A DNA stretch of 61,933 nt, counting the filler. It is 3 parts of 3 records of this genome, joined end to end, with 100 filler letters (N's around TTAATTAATTAA, not from the genome) between each part and the next. Parts side by side here need not be neighbours in the genome. Positions count along the whole stretch, not along the records: positions 31,103 to 53,297 come from SRR22947727_1965; positions 53,398 to 61,933 come from SRR22947727_1987; 1 more part is not named here. One strand, written 5' to 3'. This document shows positions 38,588 through 54,590 of this stretch, one piece after another. The notes under the pieces are model-generated. The model was not told the origin of the DNA. It saw nothing but the letters and a program-made list of their open reading frames with translations, and did no database searches. Numbering within the stretch: the first letter of the stretch is position 1; every line of letters starts with the position of its first letter. The translations under genes were made by a program, and so were the position numbers.

Positions 38588-39062
38588 GCGAGCCACCCTT
38601 GGGGGACGATTGATGTCGAAGCACGGTCGCACCCCCCCGTTCTAAACTCAACACATCGAGCGTTGCGGAACCGCTCGGTAACAGGGATGGCAACGCATCA
38701 TCATCACTCCACAGTGCAATTGCCCGAGAGACGAATGGTTCATGCGACACCAAGACGACATGGGCGGCAGCGTCAGTGGTCTGCCAAACGCTATCAGTGG
38801 GACTCGCTCCCGGGACGAGTAGCTCATCTGCGACGCAACACGCTGGATGCCATAGGCGATTCAGTATGGCTGCGGTCTGTGATGTTCGGGTCAGCGGGCT
38901 ATAACGCAAATGGCTCACATGAGGGTGGCCAAACTGCGTAATCCATAGCGAAAAGGCCTCTGCCGCGGAGACCACCTCAGCCCGGCCGCGCGCGGTCAAC
39001 TCGCGCTCCGCATCGCAACGCGCTAGACCTGCCTCGCCGTGGCGCCAAACTGTCAGGAGCAC
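38580..39062 (-). CDS. sixA: Phosphohistidine phosphatase SixA-like
   Basis: RHGEA, RELTARG, SPLTRTSQTA, LVSHEP. Confidence 0.85.
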   Translation of the reverse strand: MLLTVWRHGEAGLARCDAERELTARGRAEVVSAAEAFSLWITQFGHPHVSHLRYSPLTRTSQTAAILNRLWHPACCVADELLVPGASPTDSVWQTTDAAAHVVLVSHEPFVSRAIALWSDDDALPSLLPSGSATLDVLSLERGGATVLRHQSSPKGGSHE

Positions 39063-39063
39063 C

Positions 39064-40974
39064 TTAGGCGTCGCTCATCTCCACCAAGAGCTTATTGAGT
39101 CGCGCAACATAACTCGCAGGGTCCTCGAGCGCCGATCCCTCAGCCAAAAATGCCTGGTCTAGCAGGATTTGAGCTAGATCGGCAAACCGGTCCTCGTCTG
39201 ATTCCTGATCCAATCGCTGTAGCAAAGGATGCTCTACATTAATTTCCATCGTCGGCTTGGTCTCGGGCATTGCCTGTCCGGCTGCCTCCATCATGCGACG
39301 CATTTGCGCTCCCATTTCATGCTCTGCCACGGTTAAACAGGCAGGGGAGGCCGTCAAGCGCACAGTAGGACGAACGGCCGCCACTTGGTCTTGTAAAACA
39401 TCTTGCATCCGTTCAATCAGCGATTCACTCGCTTTCTCAGCCGCCTCAAGCGCTTCCTTAGACTTTTCATCCTCTGCAGAGTCATCCCATTCCCCCTTTG
39501 CACAATCCTTGAAGGGCTTGCCGTCATATTCACCGAGATGACTCATCAACCACTCATCAACACGGTCCGACAATAGTAAGACCTCAATACCTTGCTGCCT
39601 CAAGGCCTCGATATGCGGACTATTTTTTGCCGTGACATGATTTTCTGCCACCACGTAATAAATCGATTGCTGGTCGGCCGACATCGATTCTACGTACTGC
39701 TTCAGCGACACCCGCTGAAGCGCCTCATCATCACGTGTCGTCGCAAAACGAAGCAGCTCTGCCACTTTCTCGCGATTGCCAAAATCCTCTGCAGGCCCCT
39801 CTTTCAATACGACACCGAAAGTGTCCCAAAAACGCTCAAAGTCCTCCGGCGATTTGGCGGCCATCTTACTCACCATATCTAGCACGCGCTTGGTGAGCGC
39901 ACCACGAATCGAGTCGACCTGCTGGTTTTGCTGCAACAGCTCCCTTGAAACATTAAGCGGAAGATCGTTTGAATCCAGCACTCCTTTGACAAAGCGCAAA
40001 TACATAGGAAGAAATTGCTCTGCTTCATCCATGATGAAAGTACGCTGCACGTAAAGCTTAAGTCCTCGGGCCCCCTCCCTCTGCCACAGATCAAACGGAG
40101 CGCGCTGCGGCACATAGAGCAGCGATGTGTACTCAAGCTTGCCCTCGACCGCGTTATGACTCCAGGTCAGCGCCTCTTCGAAGTCGTGAGAGATATGCTT
40201 ATAAAAGGACTGATATTCTTCATCACTGACCTCCGAGCGACTCCGAGTCCAGAGCGCCTTAGCCTCATTAATGGCCTCCCAGGTGGGCTCAGGGTCAGTC
40301 GCATCAGCGTCGTCATCCTCATCGGTCTGCGTGATCGCCTCAGGCATCATCACGGGTACCGAGATGTGGTCCGAATACTTCTTAATCACTGACCGCACTC
40401 GCCAGCTATCGGCAAACTCATCCGCATCCGATTTTAAGTGCAGCACCACGGTAGTTCCTGCAGCGTCACGCTCTGCCTCAGAAATGGTGAATTCATCTTC
40501 GCCCGCAGACTCCCAACCGGTGGCGGTATCGCTCCCCGCCTTTCGTGTCACTACTTCCACGCGATCAGCAACAATGAAGGACGAATAAAAACCCACGCCA
40601 AACTGACCAATCAACTGGCTATCCTGTTTTTGATCACCACTGAGCTGCTCCATAAAAGCGGCCGTGCCCGATTTGGCGATTGTCCCTAAGTTATCAATCA
40701 CTTCTTCTCGGGTCATTCCGATACCATTATCATCAATGGTGATCGTTTTCGCTTCTGCATCAGCCGCGACTCGAATGCGATACTCCGCTTCCAAGCCTGC
40801 CAACGCAGGATCACTGATGACCGCGAATCGGTGCTTATCAATGGCGTCTGATGCATTAGAGATCAGTTCCCTCAAAAATATTTCGCGATTGGAATACAAG
40901 GAATGGATCATGAGTTGAAGCAATCGCTTCGCCTCGGTTTGAAATCCCATTGTTTGCGTGGCTTCTGCAGTCAT
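39064..40974 (-). CDS. htpG: Chaperone HtpG (Hsp90)
   Basis: [42 protein letters not shown]. Confidence 0.98.
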   Translation of the reverse strand: MTAEATQTMGFQTEAKRLLQLMIHSLYSNREIFLRELISNASDAIDKHRFAVISDPALAGLEAEYRIRVAADAEAKTITIDDNGIGMTREEVIDNLGTIAKSGTAAFMEQLSGDQKQDSQLIGQFGVGFYSSFIVADRVEVVTRKAGSDTATGWESAGEDEFTISEAERDAAGTTVVLHLKSDADEFADSWRVRSVIKKYSDHISVPVMMPEAITQTDEDDDADATDPEPTWEAINEAKALWTRSRSEVSDEEYQSFYKHISHDFEEALTWSHNAVEGKLEYTSLLYVPQRAPFDLWQREGARGLKLYVQRTFIMDEAEQFLPMYLRFVKGVLDSNDLPLNVSRELLQQNQQVDSIRGALTKRVLDMVSKMAAKSPEDFERFWDTFGVVLKEGPAEDFGNREKVAELLRFATTRDDEALQRVSLKQYVESMSADQQSIYYVVAENHVTAKNSPHIEALRQQGIEVLLLSDRVDEWLMSHLGEYDGKPFKDCAKGEWDDSAEDEKSKEALEAAEKASESLIERMQDVLQDQVAAVRPTVRLTASPACLTVAEHEMGAQMRRMMEAAGQAMPETKPTMEINVEHPLLQRLDQESDEDRFADLAQILLDQAFLAEGSALEDPASYVARLNKLLVEMSDA

Positions 40975-41058
40975 GGCTCGTCTCGTCTCACTGGGTTATG
41001 TCGAATAGATGGGGGTCCGAAAAATAATTTCAACTAGGAAACTCTATCTTTAGCGCAT

Positions 41059-41081
41059 AAAAAAGCCCGCTAAAGCGGGCT
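41059..41081 (-). terminator. Rho-independent terminator after sucD
   Basis: Minus strand reads AGCCCGC-ttta-GCGGGCT followed by a T-run. Confidence 0.85.
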
Positions 41082-41099
41082 GGGATTGTCTTCGCTGGC

Positions 41100-41972
41100 T
41101 TACCAGCCGGTAATTTCAGTCAATGCGGCGCCAATATCGGCCAAAGAGCGCACGGTTTTAACGCCCGCCGCCTCAAGGGCCGCAAACTTTTCATCCGCCG
41201 TGCCCTTCCCGCCTGAGATGATCGCACCCGCATGACCCATTCGCTTACCCTTCGGAGCGGTCACGCCTGCAATATAAGAGACGACTGGCTTAGTGACATG
41301 GTGACGAATAAATTCAGCTGCTTCTTCTTCAGCGGTTCCGCCAATCTCACCGATCATGACGATCGCCTCAGTGCTGTCATCTTTTTCAAACAAATCGAGA
41401 ATATCAATAAAGTGGGAGCCCGGAATGGGATCGCCACCAATACCAACACAAGTCGACTGCCCGTAACCGACATCGGTTGTCTGCTTGACGGCCTCGTAAG
41501 TGAGTGTGCCTGAACGGGACACGATGCCGACGCGACCGGGCAGATGGATTTCTGCTGGCATGATGCCAATCTTGCACTGACCCGGCGTGATCACACCGGG
41601 GCAGTTGGGCCCAATCAGGCGCACACCCAACTCGTCACACTTGACCTTCGCGTCCAACATGTCGAGTGTCGGCACCCCCTCGGTGATGCAGACAATCAGC
41701 TTAATGCCGGCCATAGCGGCTTCAAGAATCGAATCCTTACAAAATGGCGCCGGCACATAAATTACCGAGGCCTCTGCACCGGTCGCCGTGACTGCCTCAG
41801 AAACGGTATTAAAGACCGGCAGACCCAAGTGCGTTTGACCGCCTTTTCCTGGTGTCACGCCACCCACCATTTTTGTGCCATAAGCAATGGCCTGCTCCGA
41901 GTGAAAGGTGCCTTGTGAGCCAGTGAAACCCTGACAGATAACGCGCGTTTCTGCATTGATCAAAATACTCAT
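41100..41972 (-). CDS. sucD: Succinyl-CoA synthetase alpha subunit
   Basis: [34 protein letters not shown]. Confidence 0.98.
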   Translation of the reverse strand: MSILINAETRVICQGFTGSQGTFHSEQAIAYGTKMVGGVTPGKGGQTHLGLPVFNTVSEAVTATGAEASVIYVPAPFCKDSILEAAMAGIKLIVCITEGVPTLDMLDAKVKCDELGVRLIGPNCPGVITPGQCKIGIMPAEIHLPGRVGIVSRSGTLTYEAVKQTTDVGYGQSTCVGIGGDPIPGSHFIDILDLFEKDDSTEAIVMIGEIGGTAEEEAAEFIRHHVTKPVVSYIAGVTAPKGKRMGHAGAIISGGKGTADEKFAALEAAGVKTVRSLADIGAALTEITGW

Positions 41973-43138
41973 TGGACACCTCCTGCCGCTGCAACCACTT
42001 TTTGGGCCGCGTCCGTCAGACTTTCCGCCGCTTCGATATTAAGACCACTGTTAGCGAGCACCTCGCGGCCTAGGACTGCGTTATTACCCTCTAATCTCAC
42101 CACAACAGGCACCTCAACTCCCACCTCTTCCACCGCGCCAATCACGCCCTCAGCGATCAGATCGCAACGGACAATCCCGCCAAAAATATTAATCAACACG
42201 GCCTTGACGTTATCGTCAGACAGAATAATTTTAAATGCCTCTGTGACACGCTCCTTGGTCGCACCACCACCTACATCTAAAAAGTTGGCGGGTGACCCAC
42301 CATGCAACTTCACAATATCCATTGTGCCCATTGCCAACCCAGCACCGTTCACCATGCACCCTATACTGCCGTCGAGCGCCACATAATTGAGCTCCCACTG
42401 GGCGGCATGCGACTCGCGCTCATCTTCTTGAGAGGGATCGTGCATCGCTTGCAAACTAGGTTGTCGATACAGCGCATTGGAATCTACTACGACCTTGGCA
42501 TCCAGGCAGTGCAGATTACCTTCGTTGGTAATCACCAGAGGATTCACCTCAATCAATGCCAAATCCTTCTCCTGAAACAATTTGGCCAAGCCCAAAAAGA
42601 TGGTCACAAATTGCTTAATCTGAACCCCCGACAGGCCCAGTCGAAACGCCAGATCGCGCCCCTGAAAAGGTTGCGCCCCCACTAAAGGATCCACCTCTGC
42701 CTTGAGGATTTTGTCGGGTGTTTCTTCTGCGACCTTTTCGATCTCGACACCGCCCTCGGTAGAGGCCATGAATACGATACGACGACTGGCACGATCAACC
42801 ACTGCGCCCAAATACAACTCTTCTGCAATATCCGTACAAGACTCGACCAAGATTCGCGATACGGGCTGGCCGGCGGCATCGGTCTGATAGGTCACCAATC
42901 GCTCGCCCAACCACTGTTTGGCGAAGTCGCCGGCGGCTTGCGGTGAATCAATTAATTTGACACCACCCGCCTTACCACGACCACCCGCGTGCACCTGAGC
43001 CTTAACCACCCATTGATTACCGCCGATCTTCGTGGCTGCCTCAATGGCCGCCTCTGCCGACTCGACAGCGTGCCCAATGGAAACAGGCAGCCCATATTCG
43101 GCGAATAAGGCCTTGCCCTGATACTCATGCAGATTCAT
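41969..43138 (-). CDS. sucC: Succinyl-CoA synthetase beta subunit
   Basis: [40 protein letters not shown]. Confidence 0.98.
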   Translation of the reverse strand: MNLHEYQGKALFAEYGLPVSIGHAVESAEAAIEAATKIGGNQWVVKAQVHAGGRGKAGGVKLIDSPQAAGDFAKQWLGERLVTYQTDAAGQPVSRILVESCTDIAEELYLGAVVDRASRRIVFMASTEGGVEIEKVAEETPDKILKAEVDPLVGAQPFQGRDLAFRLGLSGVQIKQFVTIFLGLAKLFQEKDLALIEVNPLVITNEGNLHCLDAKVVVDSNALYRQPSLQAMHDPSQEDERESHAAQWELNYVALDGSIGCMVNGAGLAMGTMDIVKLHGGSPANFLDVGGGATKERVTEAFKIILSDDNVKAVLINIFGGIVRCDLIAEGVIGAVEEVGVEVPVVVRLEGNNAVLGREVLANSGLNIEAAESLTDAAQKVVAAAGGVQ

Positions 43139-43215
43139 ATAAACCTCTCAGCTATTACCTGGTATACCCCACACTCCCCCAGCACCAGGCGGTCAAGAGA
43201 GCCTACAAATCGTTG

Positions 43216-45905
<2,690 letters not shown>

Positions 45906-45928
45906 GAGGTCATCCTCAACAGTATCGA

Positions 45929-48787
45929 TTAAAAGCCCCAGGGCATTGGCCCCAGCGCTTCGTCAATGAACTTTTCTTGTTCTCGCATGTGCAATGCCGA
46001 GTAGCCCGCCGCTGCAGACGCTGAGGACGCTCTCCCGACATAACGTAAAAATAAATCGACCTTATGGCGCTGCACCACCGTGCGCATCCGACTCTGCATG
46101 GCATACCAAGCGCCCTGGTTTTTAGGTTCTTCCTGAACCCAATTAACATCCTCTACATGGGGATACCGACTGATGATCTCCATTAGATCGATTCTCGGAA
46201 AAGGATACATCTGCTCAATGCGAATAATGGCGATATCGTGAATATCACGCTCCCGTCGCGCCGCTCTCAAGTCATAGAAGACTTTGCCAGAGCATAGGAT
46301 TAAGCGCTTCACTGCGGTCGGGTCCAGCGAGTCCGTTTCGTCGATGACCGTCTTAAAGCCGCCCTGCGCCAAATCTTCTATCGGCGACACCGCTTCCTTA
46401 TGACGCAAGAGACTCTTCGGCGTCATCACAATAAGCGGGGTTCTGAAGGGTCGAACAGCTTGCCGGCGCAACATATGGAACACTTGCGATGGCGTACTGG
46501 GAATGCAGACTTGAATATTATCGTCGGCGCACAACTGCAAGAAACGCTCTAAACGTGCGGACGAATGTTCAGGACCCTGACCCTCATAGCCATGAGGCAA
46601 CAACATTGTCAGACCACACAATCGGCTCCATTTGTTTTCGCCGCTGGAAATAAACTGATCGATCACCACCTGCGCTCCATTGGCAAAGTCACCAAATTGC
46701 GCTTCCCATATCACGAGGCCATTCGGCGCGGTGGTCGCATAGCCATACTCAAATGCGAGGACAGCCTCCTCCGACAGCAGCGAGTCATGAATATTGAAAG
46801 GCGCCTGTGTCTCGGCTACGTGGGCCAATGGAACCCAGGTCTCACTATTACGCTGATTGTGCAGGACCGCATGGCGATGACTAAACGTACCACGACCCAC
46901 ATCTTGCCCGGTCAAGCGAACGGGGTAACCTTCTTTTAACAACGAGGCGTAAGCCATGGTCTCCGCAAAGCCCCAATTGATGGCTTGTGCACCCGCACCC
47001 ATCTTGAGCCGGTCGTCCATCAACTTTTTCACCACACGATGCACCGCTACACCGTCAGGCACCTCGTTACACGACTCAGATAACGCTTTAAGCTCCGTCA
47101 AAGGCACCGCAGTGTCAGCAGCAACATCCCATCGATGTCCTAAATAAGGCGACCAATCGACGAATAGCGCCTTATTCGGTTCAGACACCAACGAGCTCAC
47201 CAGCGGCTCATCGCGCTCAAGCGCCTCTCGATACTGCTCCACCCAGTCATGATCTTGCTGCTCACTCAGCACGCCAGCGGCGATCAATTGACTGGCGTAA
47301 AGCGTGCGAGTACTGGGATGCGATTTAATCTTTTCGTACATGTCAGGTTGCGTTACGGACGGCTCGTCTGCTTCGTTATGGCCACGACGCCGATAACACA
47401 CCAGATCAATCACCACATCTCGATTAAACTGATTACGATAATCAACCGCCAGCTGTGTCACGAAAACCACCGCCTCTGGATCGTCGCCGTTAACGTGAAA
47501 TATAGGTGCCTGAACCATTTTCGCGATGTCAGTGCAGTACTCTGTAGACCGCATGTCTTCAGGCGCGCTCGTTGTAAAACCAATCTGGTTATTGAGAATA
47601 ATATGGAGGGTCCCGCCGGTGCGGTAAGCACGAGTCTGAGACATTTGAAACGTCTCCATCACCACACCCTGCCCTGCAAATGCGGCATCTCCATGCAACA
47701 CAATGGGCACCACGGTTTTACCCGCGGCGTCTTCACGCCGATCTTGGCGCGCGCGAACCGAACCCTCTACCACGGGCGACACAATTTCTAGGTGCGAGGG
47801 ATTAAAGGCCAGTGCCAAATGCACTTCTCCACCTGGCGTCATCATGTTGGAGGAGAACCCCTGGTGATACTTCACATCACCGGAGCCGATGTAGGTCACT
47901 TTCCCCTCAAATTCGTCAAATAGATTGACCGGGTTCTTGCCGAGAATGTTGACCAATACATTGAGGCGGCCTCGGTGTGCCATACCAATACAAATTTCTT
48001 TCGCGCCATAGCCACCAATGCGATGGATGGCCTCTGACATCATGGGTATTAAACTTTCACCGCCCTCCAAACCGAAGCGCTTAGTGCCCGGATATTTCGA
48101 GCCCAGAGAGCGCTCGAGTCCCTCGGCGCCATTGAGTTGCCGCAAAATGTGTAGCCGCTGGTCTGATGAAAACTCAGGTGCAGCGCGAACCGATTCCATC
48201 CGGCTCATGATCCAGTGTCGCTCCTCCGTGTTAACGATATGCATGAACTCAGCGCCGACCGTTCCGCAATACGTTCGCTCTAAAGCCTCACGGATATCTG
48301 CTAGCGTCGCTTCTGCACGACCAAAATAAGCCGTACCTACCTGAAAAGTCGTATCGAGATCGGCCTCACTGAGCTCATGAAAGGTTAGATCAAGATCCGG
48401 TACCGGGGTGCGCGGAACTAGCGCCAACGGGTCCAAAGCCGCTTGCTGATGCCCGCGTTGTCGATAAGCGGAAATCAACTGGACCACACGAACCTGCTTG
48501 CGCTCGTACTCGGTGGCGTGCAAGTCCTGTGAGACGGTTGCATCGGTGCGGACACGCATTTTCGATATCCGCGCGAATCGCTCCCTTAGCACAGAATGAG
48601 GAACATCATGCACGGCATGCGTGTCTGACGGCACCAGCGGCAGCTGATCGAAGTAGTCACGCCATTGGGGTGCGATGGCGTTGGGGTCCTGCAGGTAGGT
48701 TTCGTAGAGCGCCTCGACATACTCGGCATTGCCACCAGCGATATGGGAAGTCGCCCATTGCTCCAGCATGCCTGAACCGTTTGTCAT
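45929..48787 (-). CDS. sucA: 2-oxoglutarate dehydrogenase E1
   Basis: [44 protein letters not shown]. Alternative start at 48799. Confidence 0.97.
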   Translation of the reverse strand: MTNGSGMLEQWATSHIAGGNAEYVEALYETYLQDPNAIAPQWRDYFDQLPLVPSDTHAVHDVPHSVLRERFARISKMRVRTDATVSQDLHATEYERKQVRVVQLISAYRQRGHQQAALDPLALVPRTPVPDLDLTFHELSEADLDTTFQVGTAYFGRAEATLADIREALERTYCGTVGAEFMHIVNTEERHWIMSRMESVRAAPEFSSDQRLHILRQLNGAEGLERSLGSKYPGTKRFGLEGGESLIPMMSEAIHRIGGYGAKEICIGMAHRGRLNVLVNILGKNPVNLFDEFEGKVTYIGSGDVKYHQGFSSNMMTPGGEVHLALAFNPSHLEIVSPVVEGSVRARQDRREDAAGKTVVPIVLHGDAAFAGQGVVMETFQMSQTRAYRTGGTLHIILNNQIGFTTSAPEDMRSTEYCTDIAKMVQAPIFHVNGDDPEAVVFVTQLAVDYRNQFNRDVVIDLVCYRRRGHNEADEPSVTQPDMYEKIKSHPSTRTLYASQLIAAGVLSEQQDHDWVEQYREALERDEPLVSSLVSEPNKALFVDWSPYLGHRWDVAADTAVPLTELKALSESCNEVPDGVAVHRVVKKLMDDRLKMGAGAQAINWGFAETMAYASLLKEGYPVRLTGQDVGRGTFSHRHAVLHNQRNSETWVPLAHVAETQAPFNIHDSLLSEEAVLAFEYGYATTAPNGLVIWEAQFGDFANGAQVVIDQFISSGENKWSRLCGLTMLLPHGYEGQGPEHSSARLERFLQLCADDNIQVCIPSTPSQVFHMLRRQAVRPFRTPLIVMTPKSLLRHKEAVSPIEDLAQGGFKTVIDETDSLDPTAVKRLILCSGKVFYDLRAARRERDIHDIAIIRIEQMYPFPRIDLMEIISRYPHVEDVNWVQEEPKNQGAWYAMQSRMRTVVQRHKVDLFLRYVGRASSASAAAGYSALHMREQEKFIDEALGPMPWGF

Positions 48788-49056
48788 GTGTGTCACCATC
48801 GCCCCTTGTGGTTATTCGACACTAGCGGACGACGCCCTCACCCGCGCACCCTGTCAACTTGGGAGTGTAGGAGACAATGAGGCTTCTGAGGAGATCAAAC
48901 CCCACGGCTCTGCCCGAAAAACTACCGTTTAACGCGCGCCATGGCTAACTTATTTCCTGTGGTTATGGGAACTATAACCAAAAGTTTGGTGCATGCACCG
49001 CAAACTCGCTGGATATGAATCAAATCTATAGGAAATGGGTGGGAATAACCGAGCCG

Positions 49057-49764
49057 CTAGGTCGCGCGATTCAGGAGCATCGTCCGGATGTGGCCAATGG
49101 CTTTAGTGGGATTCAACCCTTTGGGGCAGACATTGACGCAGTTCTGAATACCATGGCACCGAAATACGCTGAACGGATCGTCCAACTTAGACAGGCGCGC
49201 CTCTGTTGCGGTGTCCCGACTGTCTGCCAAAAAGCGGTAGGCCTGCAACAATCCTGCGGGGCCAATAAAGCGATCGGGATTCCACCAAAACGAAGGGCAA
49301 CTCGTCGAGCAGCAAGCGCACAGGATGCACTCATAAAGCCCATCTAATTGCGCTCGCTCTTCTGGTGATTGCAGACGCTCGATCGCAGGCGCAGGCGAAG
49401 GGTTTTGCAAATAAGGCTGCACCTTCTCGTACTGCGCGTAAAAAAGGCTCATATCAACCACGAGATCACGGATAACAGGAAGACCGGGCAAAGGCCGGAT
49501 CACTAACTTTCCACCCTTGACGGTCTCGGATAACGGCGTAATGCAAGCAAGGCCGTTTTTACCATTGATATTCAACCCATCCGACCCACAAACGCCCTCT
49601 CGACAGCTCCTCCGGTAAGTGACGCTACCGTCATAATCCGCCTTAATGAGCTCTAGGACATCGAGCACCATCAAATCTTTGCCACCCGTATCAACCGAGA
49701 ACTCCTGCATATGAGGCGCGTCATCGGACTCGGGGTTATAACGGTATAAGCTGACCTGTAGCAT
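49057..49764 (-). CDS. sdhB: Succinate dehydrogenase iron-sulfur subunit
   Basis: SCREGVCGSD, CILCACCSTSCP, CHGIQNCVNVCP. Confidence 0.98.
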   Translation of the reverse strand: MLQVSLYRYNPESDDAPHMQEFSVDTGGKDLMVLDVLELIKADYDGSVTYRRSCREGVCGSDGLNINGKNGLACITPLSETVKGGKLVIRPLPGLPVIRDLVVDMSLFYAQYEKVQPYLQNPSPAPAIERLQSPEERAQLDGLYECILCACCSTSCPSFWWNPDRFIGPAGLLQAYRFLADSRDTATEARLSKLDDPFSVFRCHGIQNCVNVCPKGLNPTKAIGHIRTMLLNRAT

Positions 49765-49785
49765 GTCCTGTAGCTCCCTTAAAAC

Positions 49786-51558
49786 TCAGTAAGTGCGCGC
49801 TTTGGGCTGAAAAGTCTCTACGGTGCGCGGAGTGAAATTCACGCTACGCTTAGAGACCTGTTTGGTTTCGCTGTGATACAGCGAGTGGCACAACCAATTT
49901 TCATCATCCCGCTCAGTAAAGTCCTCGCGCGCATGGGCACCGCGACTCTCGTCTCGTGCCTCAGCCACGATAGCGGTCGCCTCTGCCGTCTCAAATAAAT
50001 TCTGTAACTCAAGGCACTCGATGCGCGAGGTGTTAAACGCCGAGCTCCGATCTGCCAAGACAACATTCTCAACGCGGCCGCGCAGTGTCGCCAGCTTCGC
50101 GATGCCTTCTCGCATGAATTCACCGGTTCGGAAGACACCAAAATGGTTCTGCATAATTTCTTGCAGCTCCTGACGCATCGGCGCCACCTGCTCACCTTCT
50201 TCGCGTCCATTGAGCGCGTCTAGACGCGCACTTGCCGCCTCGAGGTCGGTTTGCCCTGCCTCTCGCAGTTCGATGCCATCACGCAGTGCTTTCTCGATAA
50301 ATAACCCGGACGCACGGCCAAAGACCACTAGATCCAGGAGGGAGTTTCCTCCCAAGCGGTTAGCGCCGTGGACTGAAACACAGGCCACTTCCCCACAGGC
50401 ATACAACCCAGGAATCACGCTATCGTTACCCGCTGCATCAACCGTCAGCGCCTGACCATTTACGTTAGTCGGTATCCCGCCCATCATGTAGTGGCAGGTC
50501 GGTACGACTGGGATCGGCTCTTTAACCGGGTCAACGTGCGCGAACGTTCTACTCAGCTCACAAATACCGGGCAGCCTTGACTCCAGCACATCTTCACCCA
50601 GATGATCTAACTTCAATTTCACGTGGTCGCCATTGGGGCCACAGCCACGGCCCTCTAATATTTCGAGCACCATGGATCGTGCCACAACATCTCTACCCGC
50701 AAGATCTTTGGCATTTGGCGCGTAACGCTCCATGAATCGCTCGCCATCTTTATTGACAAGATAACCGCCTTCACCGCGGCACCCCTCGGTCACCAGCGTG
50801 CCTGCTCCGTAGATACCCGTTGGGTGGAACTGCCACATCTCCATATCCTGCGCCGGCACACCCGCGCGGAGCGCCATGCCCATGCCGTCGCCGGTGTTAA
50901 TGTGCGCGTTGGTAGTGGAGGCATAGATGCGTCCCGCACCGCCCGTCGCAAATACGGTCGCCTTGGATTTAACGTAGACCGTTTCGCCCGTCTCAATACA
51001 GATCGCAACGACCCCAACGACTGCCCCGTCTTGGTTTTTTACCAAGTCGACGGCGAACCATTCATTAAAGAAAACGGTCTCGTTTTTGATATTATTTTGG
51101 TACAACGTGTGAAGCAACGCATGCCCTGTGCGGTCCGCGGCAGCGCAGGTTCTCGCCGCCTGTCCACCTTCACCATAATTTTTTGACTGCCCGCCAAAGG
51201 GACGTTGATAGATTCGTCCTTCTTCCGTGCGCGAGAACGGCAAACCCATGTGCTCTAATTCAAAGATGGCTTCAGGCCCCACCGAACACATGTATTCAAT
51301 CGCTTCTTGGTCACCGATGTAGTCTGACCCTTTGACGGTGTCATACATGTGCCAACGCCAGTCATCCTGAGGATCATCGCTCGCAATAGCACAGGTAATT
51401 CCGCCCTGAGCCGACACGGTGTGCGAACGAGTCGGAAATACCTTCGAAATGACCGCGGTTTTATAGCCCGACTGCGCCAGCTGGAGTGCCGCGCGCATAC
51501 CTGCACCACCACCACCGACAATGACACCATCAAAAGAAATTGTTCTCATAGCACTCAC
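49786..51558 (-). CDS. sdhA: Succinate dehydrogenase flavoprotein
   Basis: [38 protein letters not shown]. Start GTG 51558 or ATG 51549. Confidence 0.98.
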   Translation of the reverse strand: MSAMRTISFDGVIVGGGGAGMRAALQLAQSGYKTAVISKVFPTRSHTVSAQGGITCAIASDDPQDDWRWHMYDTVKGSDYIGDQEAIEYMCSVGPEAIFELEHMGLPFSRTEEGRIYQRPFGGQSKNYGEGGQAARTCAAADRTGHALLHTLYQNNIKNETVFFNEWFAVDLVKNQDGAVVGVVAICIETGETVYVKSKATVFATGGAGRIYASTTNAHINTGDGMGMALRAGVPAQDMEMWQFHPTGIYGAGTLVTEGCRGEGGYLVNKDGERFMERYAPNAKDLAGRDVVARSMVLEILEGRGCGPNGDHVKLKLDHLGEDVLESRLPGICELSRTFAHVDPVKEPIPVVPTCHYMMGGIPTNVNGQALTVDAAGNDSVIPGLYACGEVACVSVHGANRLGGNSLLDLVVFGRASGLFIEKALRDGIELREAGQTDLEAASARLDALNGREEGEQVAPMRQELQEIMQNHFGVFRTGEFMREGIAKLATLRGRVENVVLADRSSAFNTSRIECLELQNLFETAEATAIVAEARDESRGAHAREDFTERDDENWLCHSLYHSETKQVSKRSVNFTPRTVETFQPKARTY

Positions 51559-51618
51559 TTTTTCCGTCTTACTGCCCCGAACCTCGGCGCATTAAGCGCA
51601 ACCGATAGCGGTCGTGGA

Positions 51619-51978
51619 TTAACTCCAAACGATCACCACCACCCAAATTACGTACCCAACCAGCGCCAGCGAAGCACCGAGCTGACACACTAAACGAATC
51701 ACATTGCCCTTAGGGCCCAACATCCGTTCGGTCAGATAGTCTGTGAAGACAGACCACAAACCGATCCAACTGTGTGCCGCCAAAGACAGCGCCGCCAGCA
51801 GCGTGAAGACCTTCATCCAGGTCTGCTCGAAGAGCCGCGCCCAGCTAGTGTAGTCAACTGAACCCATTAACTGGTAGGCGATGAGCAGAAAATATGCCAG
51901 GAGTATGATCGACGTCACTCTCTGGATAAGCCAATCAGATAGGCCGGTGCGACTAAAACTCGTTACCGAAGTCACCAT
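51619..51978 (-). CDS. sdhD: Succinate dehydrogenase membrane anchor
   Basis: MVTSVTSFSRTGLSDWLIQR, HSWIGLWSVFTDY. Confidence 0.95.
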   Translation of the reverse strand: MVTSVTSFSRTGLSDWLIQRVTSIILLAYFLLIAYQLMGSVDYTSWARLFEQTWMKVFTLLAALSLAAHSWIGLWSVFTDYLTERMLGPKGNVIRLVCQLGASLALVGYVIWVVVIVWS

Positions 51979-52358
51979 ATCGCTACACCCCATGAGATAG
52001 CCGCAATGAGTGCCGCCACAAAAACGAGGCGCGCACCCAGCACTCCCCCTCGCATTGTCTCGCCTATCCCTGCGTCCATCACAAGGTGCTTAACACCCGC
52101 TAACGCGTGGTAGGTCAGCGCAGAGGCAATCCCCCACATCAGGAATTTAGCAACTGGCGACGATAAGAGCGCACCCAGCGCCTCAAAAGAGGCCTCAGAT
52201 GCCAAACTGCGGTCAAGCGCCCACAACAGTAAAAAGCTGGCAAAAAACATCAGCACACCGGTCACGCGGTGGGCGATAGAGGCATAAGCAGTAACGGGTA
52301 ACTGGATCGTACCCAAATCCAAATTGACTGGACGTGTGTCCTTCGAGGTCGGTCTCAC
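51972..52358 (-). CDS. sdhC: Succinate dehydrogenase cytochrome b556 subunit
   Basis: RPVNLDL, SIAHRVTG, YHALAGVKHLVMD; GTG start at 52358 inferred. Confidence 0.93.
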   Translation of the reverse strand: MRPTSKDTRPVNLDLGTIQLPVTAYASIAHRVTGVLMFFASFLLLWALDRSLASEASFEALGALLSSPVAKFLMWGIASALTYHALAGVKHLVMDAGIGETMRGGVLGARLVFVAALIAAISWGVAIW

Positions 52359-52557
52359 AATAGCTCTCAGATTAGTCTCGTTAACAGCGGGTGGATCTGG
52401 CCTGTGCCAGAATCTCATCGGGGCGCAGTATAGGTGTGCTGACAATTGATTACAATTTGTTGGCGGCTGCCTGTCGAGAAAGAGCACACCAAAATTGACA
52501 TGACCGGCGGTCAGCATTAGTTTGGCACCCTCCCAACACGACGTGGTAGATAGTCTA

Positions 52558-53297
52558 ATGTCCAAAAAGAATGCGACCCTTAACCTCACCCATGAGGATG
52601 GATCCCAGCAAACCATTGATTTAGCGGTGCACTCTGGCACACTTGGCCCGGATGTCGTTGATGTCGGCACCCTGACGGCGAATGGTTACTTCACTTACGA
52701 CCCCGGCTTTACTTCCACCGCGGCCTGCGAATCAAAAATCACCTTTATCGACGGCGAAAAAGGCGTTCTGCTTCATCGAGGGTACCCGATAGAGCAACTT
52801 GCTGCGCATTCAGACTACTTAGAAACCTGCTACCTGCTGCTCAACGGCGAGCTTCCCACAGCCGCTCAAAAAGAAGAATTCGTCGGTATCATGACGCACC
52901 ACACCATGGTGCATGAGCAGATCAGAACCTTTTTCAATGGCTTCCGAAGAGATGCGCATCCGATGGCCATCATGTGCGGCGTTGTCGGCGCACTATCCGC
53001 GTTCTATCACGACTCCACTGACATTTCCGATCCATGGCATAGAGAAGTAGCCGCTTTCCGCTTGATTGCAAAAATGCCGACGTTAGCCGCGATGAGCTAC
53101 AAGTTCTCGATCGGCCAGCCGTTCATGTACCCCGATAACAATCTTGACTACGCGGCGAATTTTCTTCACATGATGTTTGGTAATCCTTGTGAGCCAACGA
53201 AGGTTTCTCCAACGATTGCTCGAGCAATGGATCGCATATTCCTGTTACACGCAGATCATGAACAAAACGCATCAACCTCAACCGTGCGACTCGCGGG
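52558..53297 (+). CDS. gltA: Citrate synthase, 3'-truncated at the contig edge
   Basis: [45 protein letters not shown]; divergent from sdhC. Confidence 0.97.
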
Positions 53298-53397
53298 NNN
53301 NNNNNNNNNNNNNNNNNNNNNNNNNNNNNNNNNNNNNNNNNTTAATTAATTAANNNNNNNNNNNNNNNNNNNNNNNNNNNNNNNNNNNNNNNNNNNN
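53298..53397. other. Artificial contig spacer
   Basis: 44 N + TTAATTAATTAA + 44 N; interrupts gltA. Confidence 0.98.
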
Positions 53398-53441
53398 TCG
53401 CTGCATTCACCAGATTGCTAGACCCCCTCGATATCACGGAT

Positions 53442-53978
53442 CTACCACAAGGCACGAATGGGTGCTGAGGGTGGATCATCCCGCTCGATTGGCATTCTGA
53501 CCTGACCCTCCTCCGCCAAACTGCTCGTGAATCCGTTGGAAATATCCACCGTGCGCCACGGAATCGCCGGACTTTGCTCCTCCAGCAACACCTGATAAGT
53601 GGATTGCAAGGCAGATCCATCCCAAACAATCGTTTGGTCGGGGAAGCCAAATCCCATCACCCTGTTGCCCTCAGGTCCCGCCACGGCAATGCCAAGAAGG
53701 TCGGTGATCTGGTGCATCACATCCACCCCACGAGCGAAGGGTGCCGTCCAGGTATAAAAACGCTCTGTTACCAGTGCGTCGGTGGTTTTAACAGGGCCAC
53801 ATCGACTCACCTCAACAGGAGCAAGAACCTCGCCAGCACTGCTTGAAGGCGCAGGAGCTTCAAGGCTCGTCACGCAAACCACAGGATTGGCGTGACCAGG
53901 GTCCGCCTGCCACAAAGCGAGTGGGCCCATGATCACCAGAACACCAAACGGGAGCCTGCGCACAAAAACCGTCACCAC
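53442..53978 (-). CDS. Picocyanobacterial secreted hypothetical protein
   Basis: Hydrophobic N-terminus, [10 protein letters not shown]...[45 protein letters not shown]. Start uncertain. Confidence 0.7.
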   Translation of the reverse strand: MVTVFVRRLPFGVLVIMGPLALWQADPGHANPVVCVTSLEAPAPSSSAGEVLAPVEVSRCGPVKTTDALVTERFYTWTAPFARGVDVMHQITDLLGIAVAGPEGNRVMGFGFPDQTIVWDGSALQSTYQVLLEEQSPAIPWRTVDISNGFTSSLAEEGQVRMPIERDDPPSAPIRALW

Positions 53979-54020
53979 TGCGCGCAAACTAGGCAGAGGA
54001 TTCGCTGCGCACCAGCCCCG

Positions 54021-54590
54021 ATGTCTCAACCTTTTGAACACGACCCCCTGCTGGAACGCTTAGCGAAAGAGGCTTATCGCCACGGCAACTTCACCCTTGC
54101 GTCCGGTCGCAGCAGTAATCACTACGTGAATTGCAAGCCGGTCAGCTTGAGCGGCTCAGGTCTAGCCCTGCTCTGCCCGGCGATGTTGGCTCTGGTGGAA
54201 GCCGATGCGGCAGCCGTTGGCGGCCTCACCCTTGGAGCCGATCCGCTGGTGAGTGGCGTCGCCCTTGCTGCTGCCCAGGGAGGACGCACCCTTGATGCTC
54301 TGATCGTGCGTAAGCAGGCCAAAGGCCACGGCACTGGTGCCTGGCTGGAGGGTCCCCTGCCAGAGCAGGGCGCGCTTATCACCGTTCTTGAGGATGTGGT
54401 CACCACCGGTGGGTCATCCATCAAGGCTGTTGAACAACTCCGAGCTGCTGGCTACAGCGTGAATCGGGTGGTGACGATCGTTGACCGTGAAGAGGGAGGG
54501 GCTGCTGCGATGCAAGCTGCTGACCTTGAATTACACAGCCTGTATCGCCTGGAAGAGGTGGCCGCCAAGTCCTGTGAGCTCCAAGCATGA
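54021..54590 (+). CDS. pyrE: Orotate phosphoribosyltransferase
   Basis: [43 protein letters not shown]. Confidence 0.96.
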   Translation: MSQPFEHDPLLERLAKEAYRHGNFTLASGRSSNHYVNCKPVSLSGSGLALLCPAMLALVEADAAAVGGLTLGADPLVSGVALAAAQGGRTLDALIVRKQAKGHGTGAWLEGPLPEQGALITVLEDVVTTGGSSIKAVEQLRAAGYSVNRVVTIVDREEGGAAAMQAADLELHSLYRLEEVAAKSCELQA

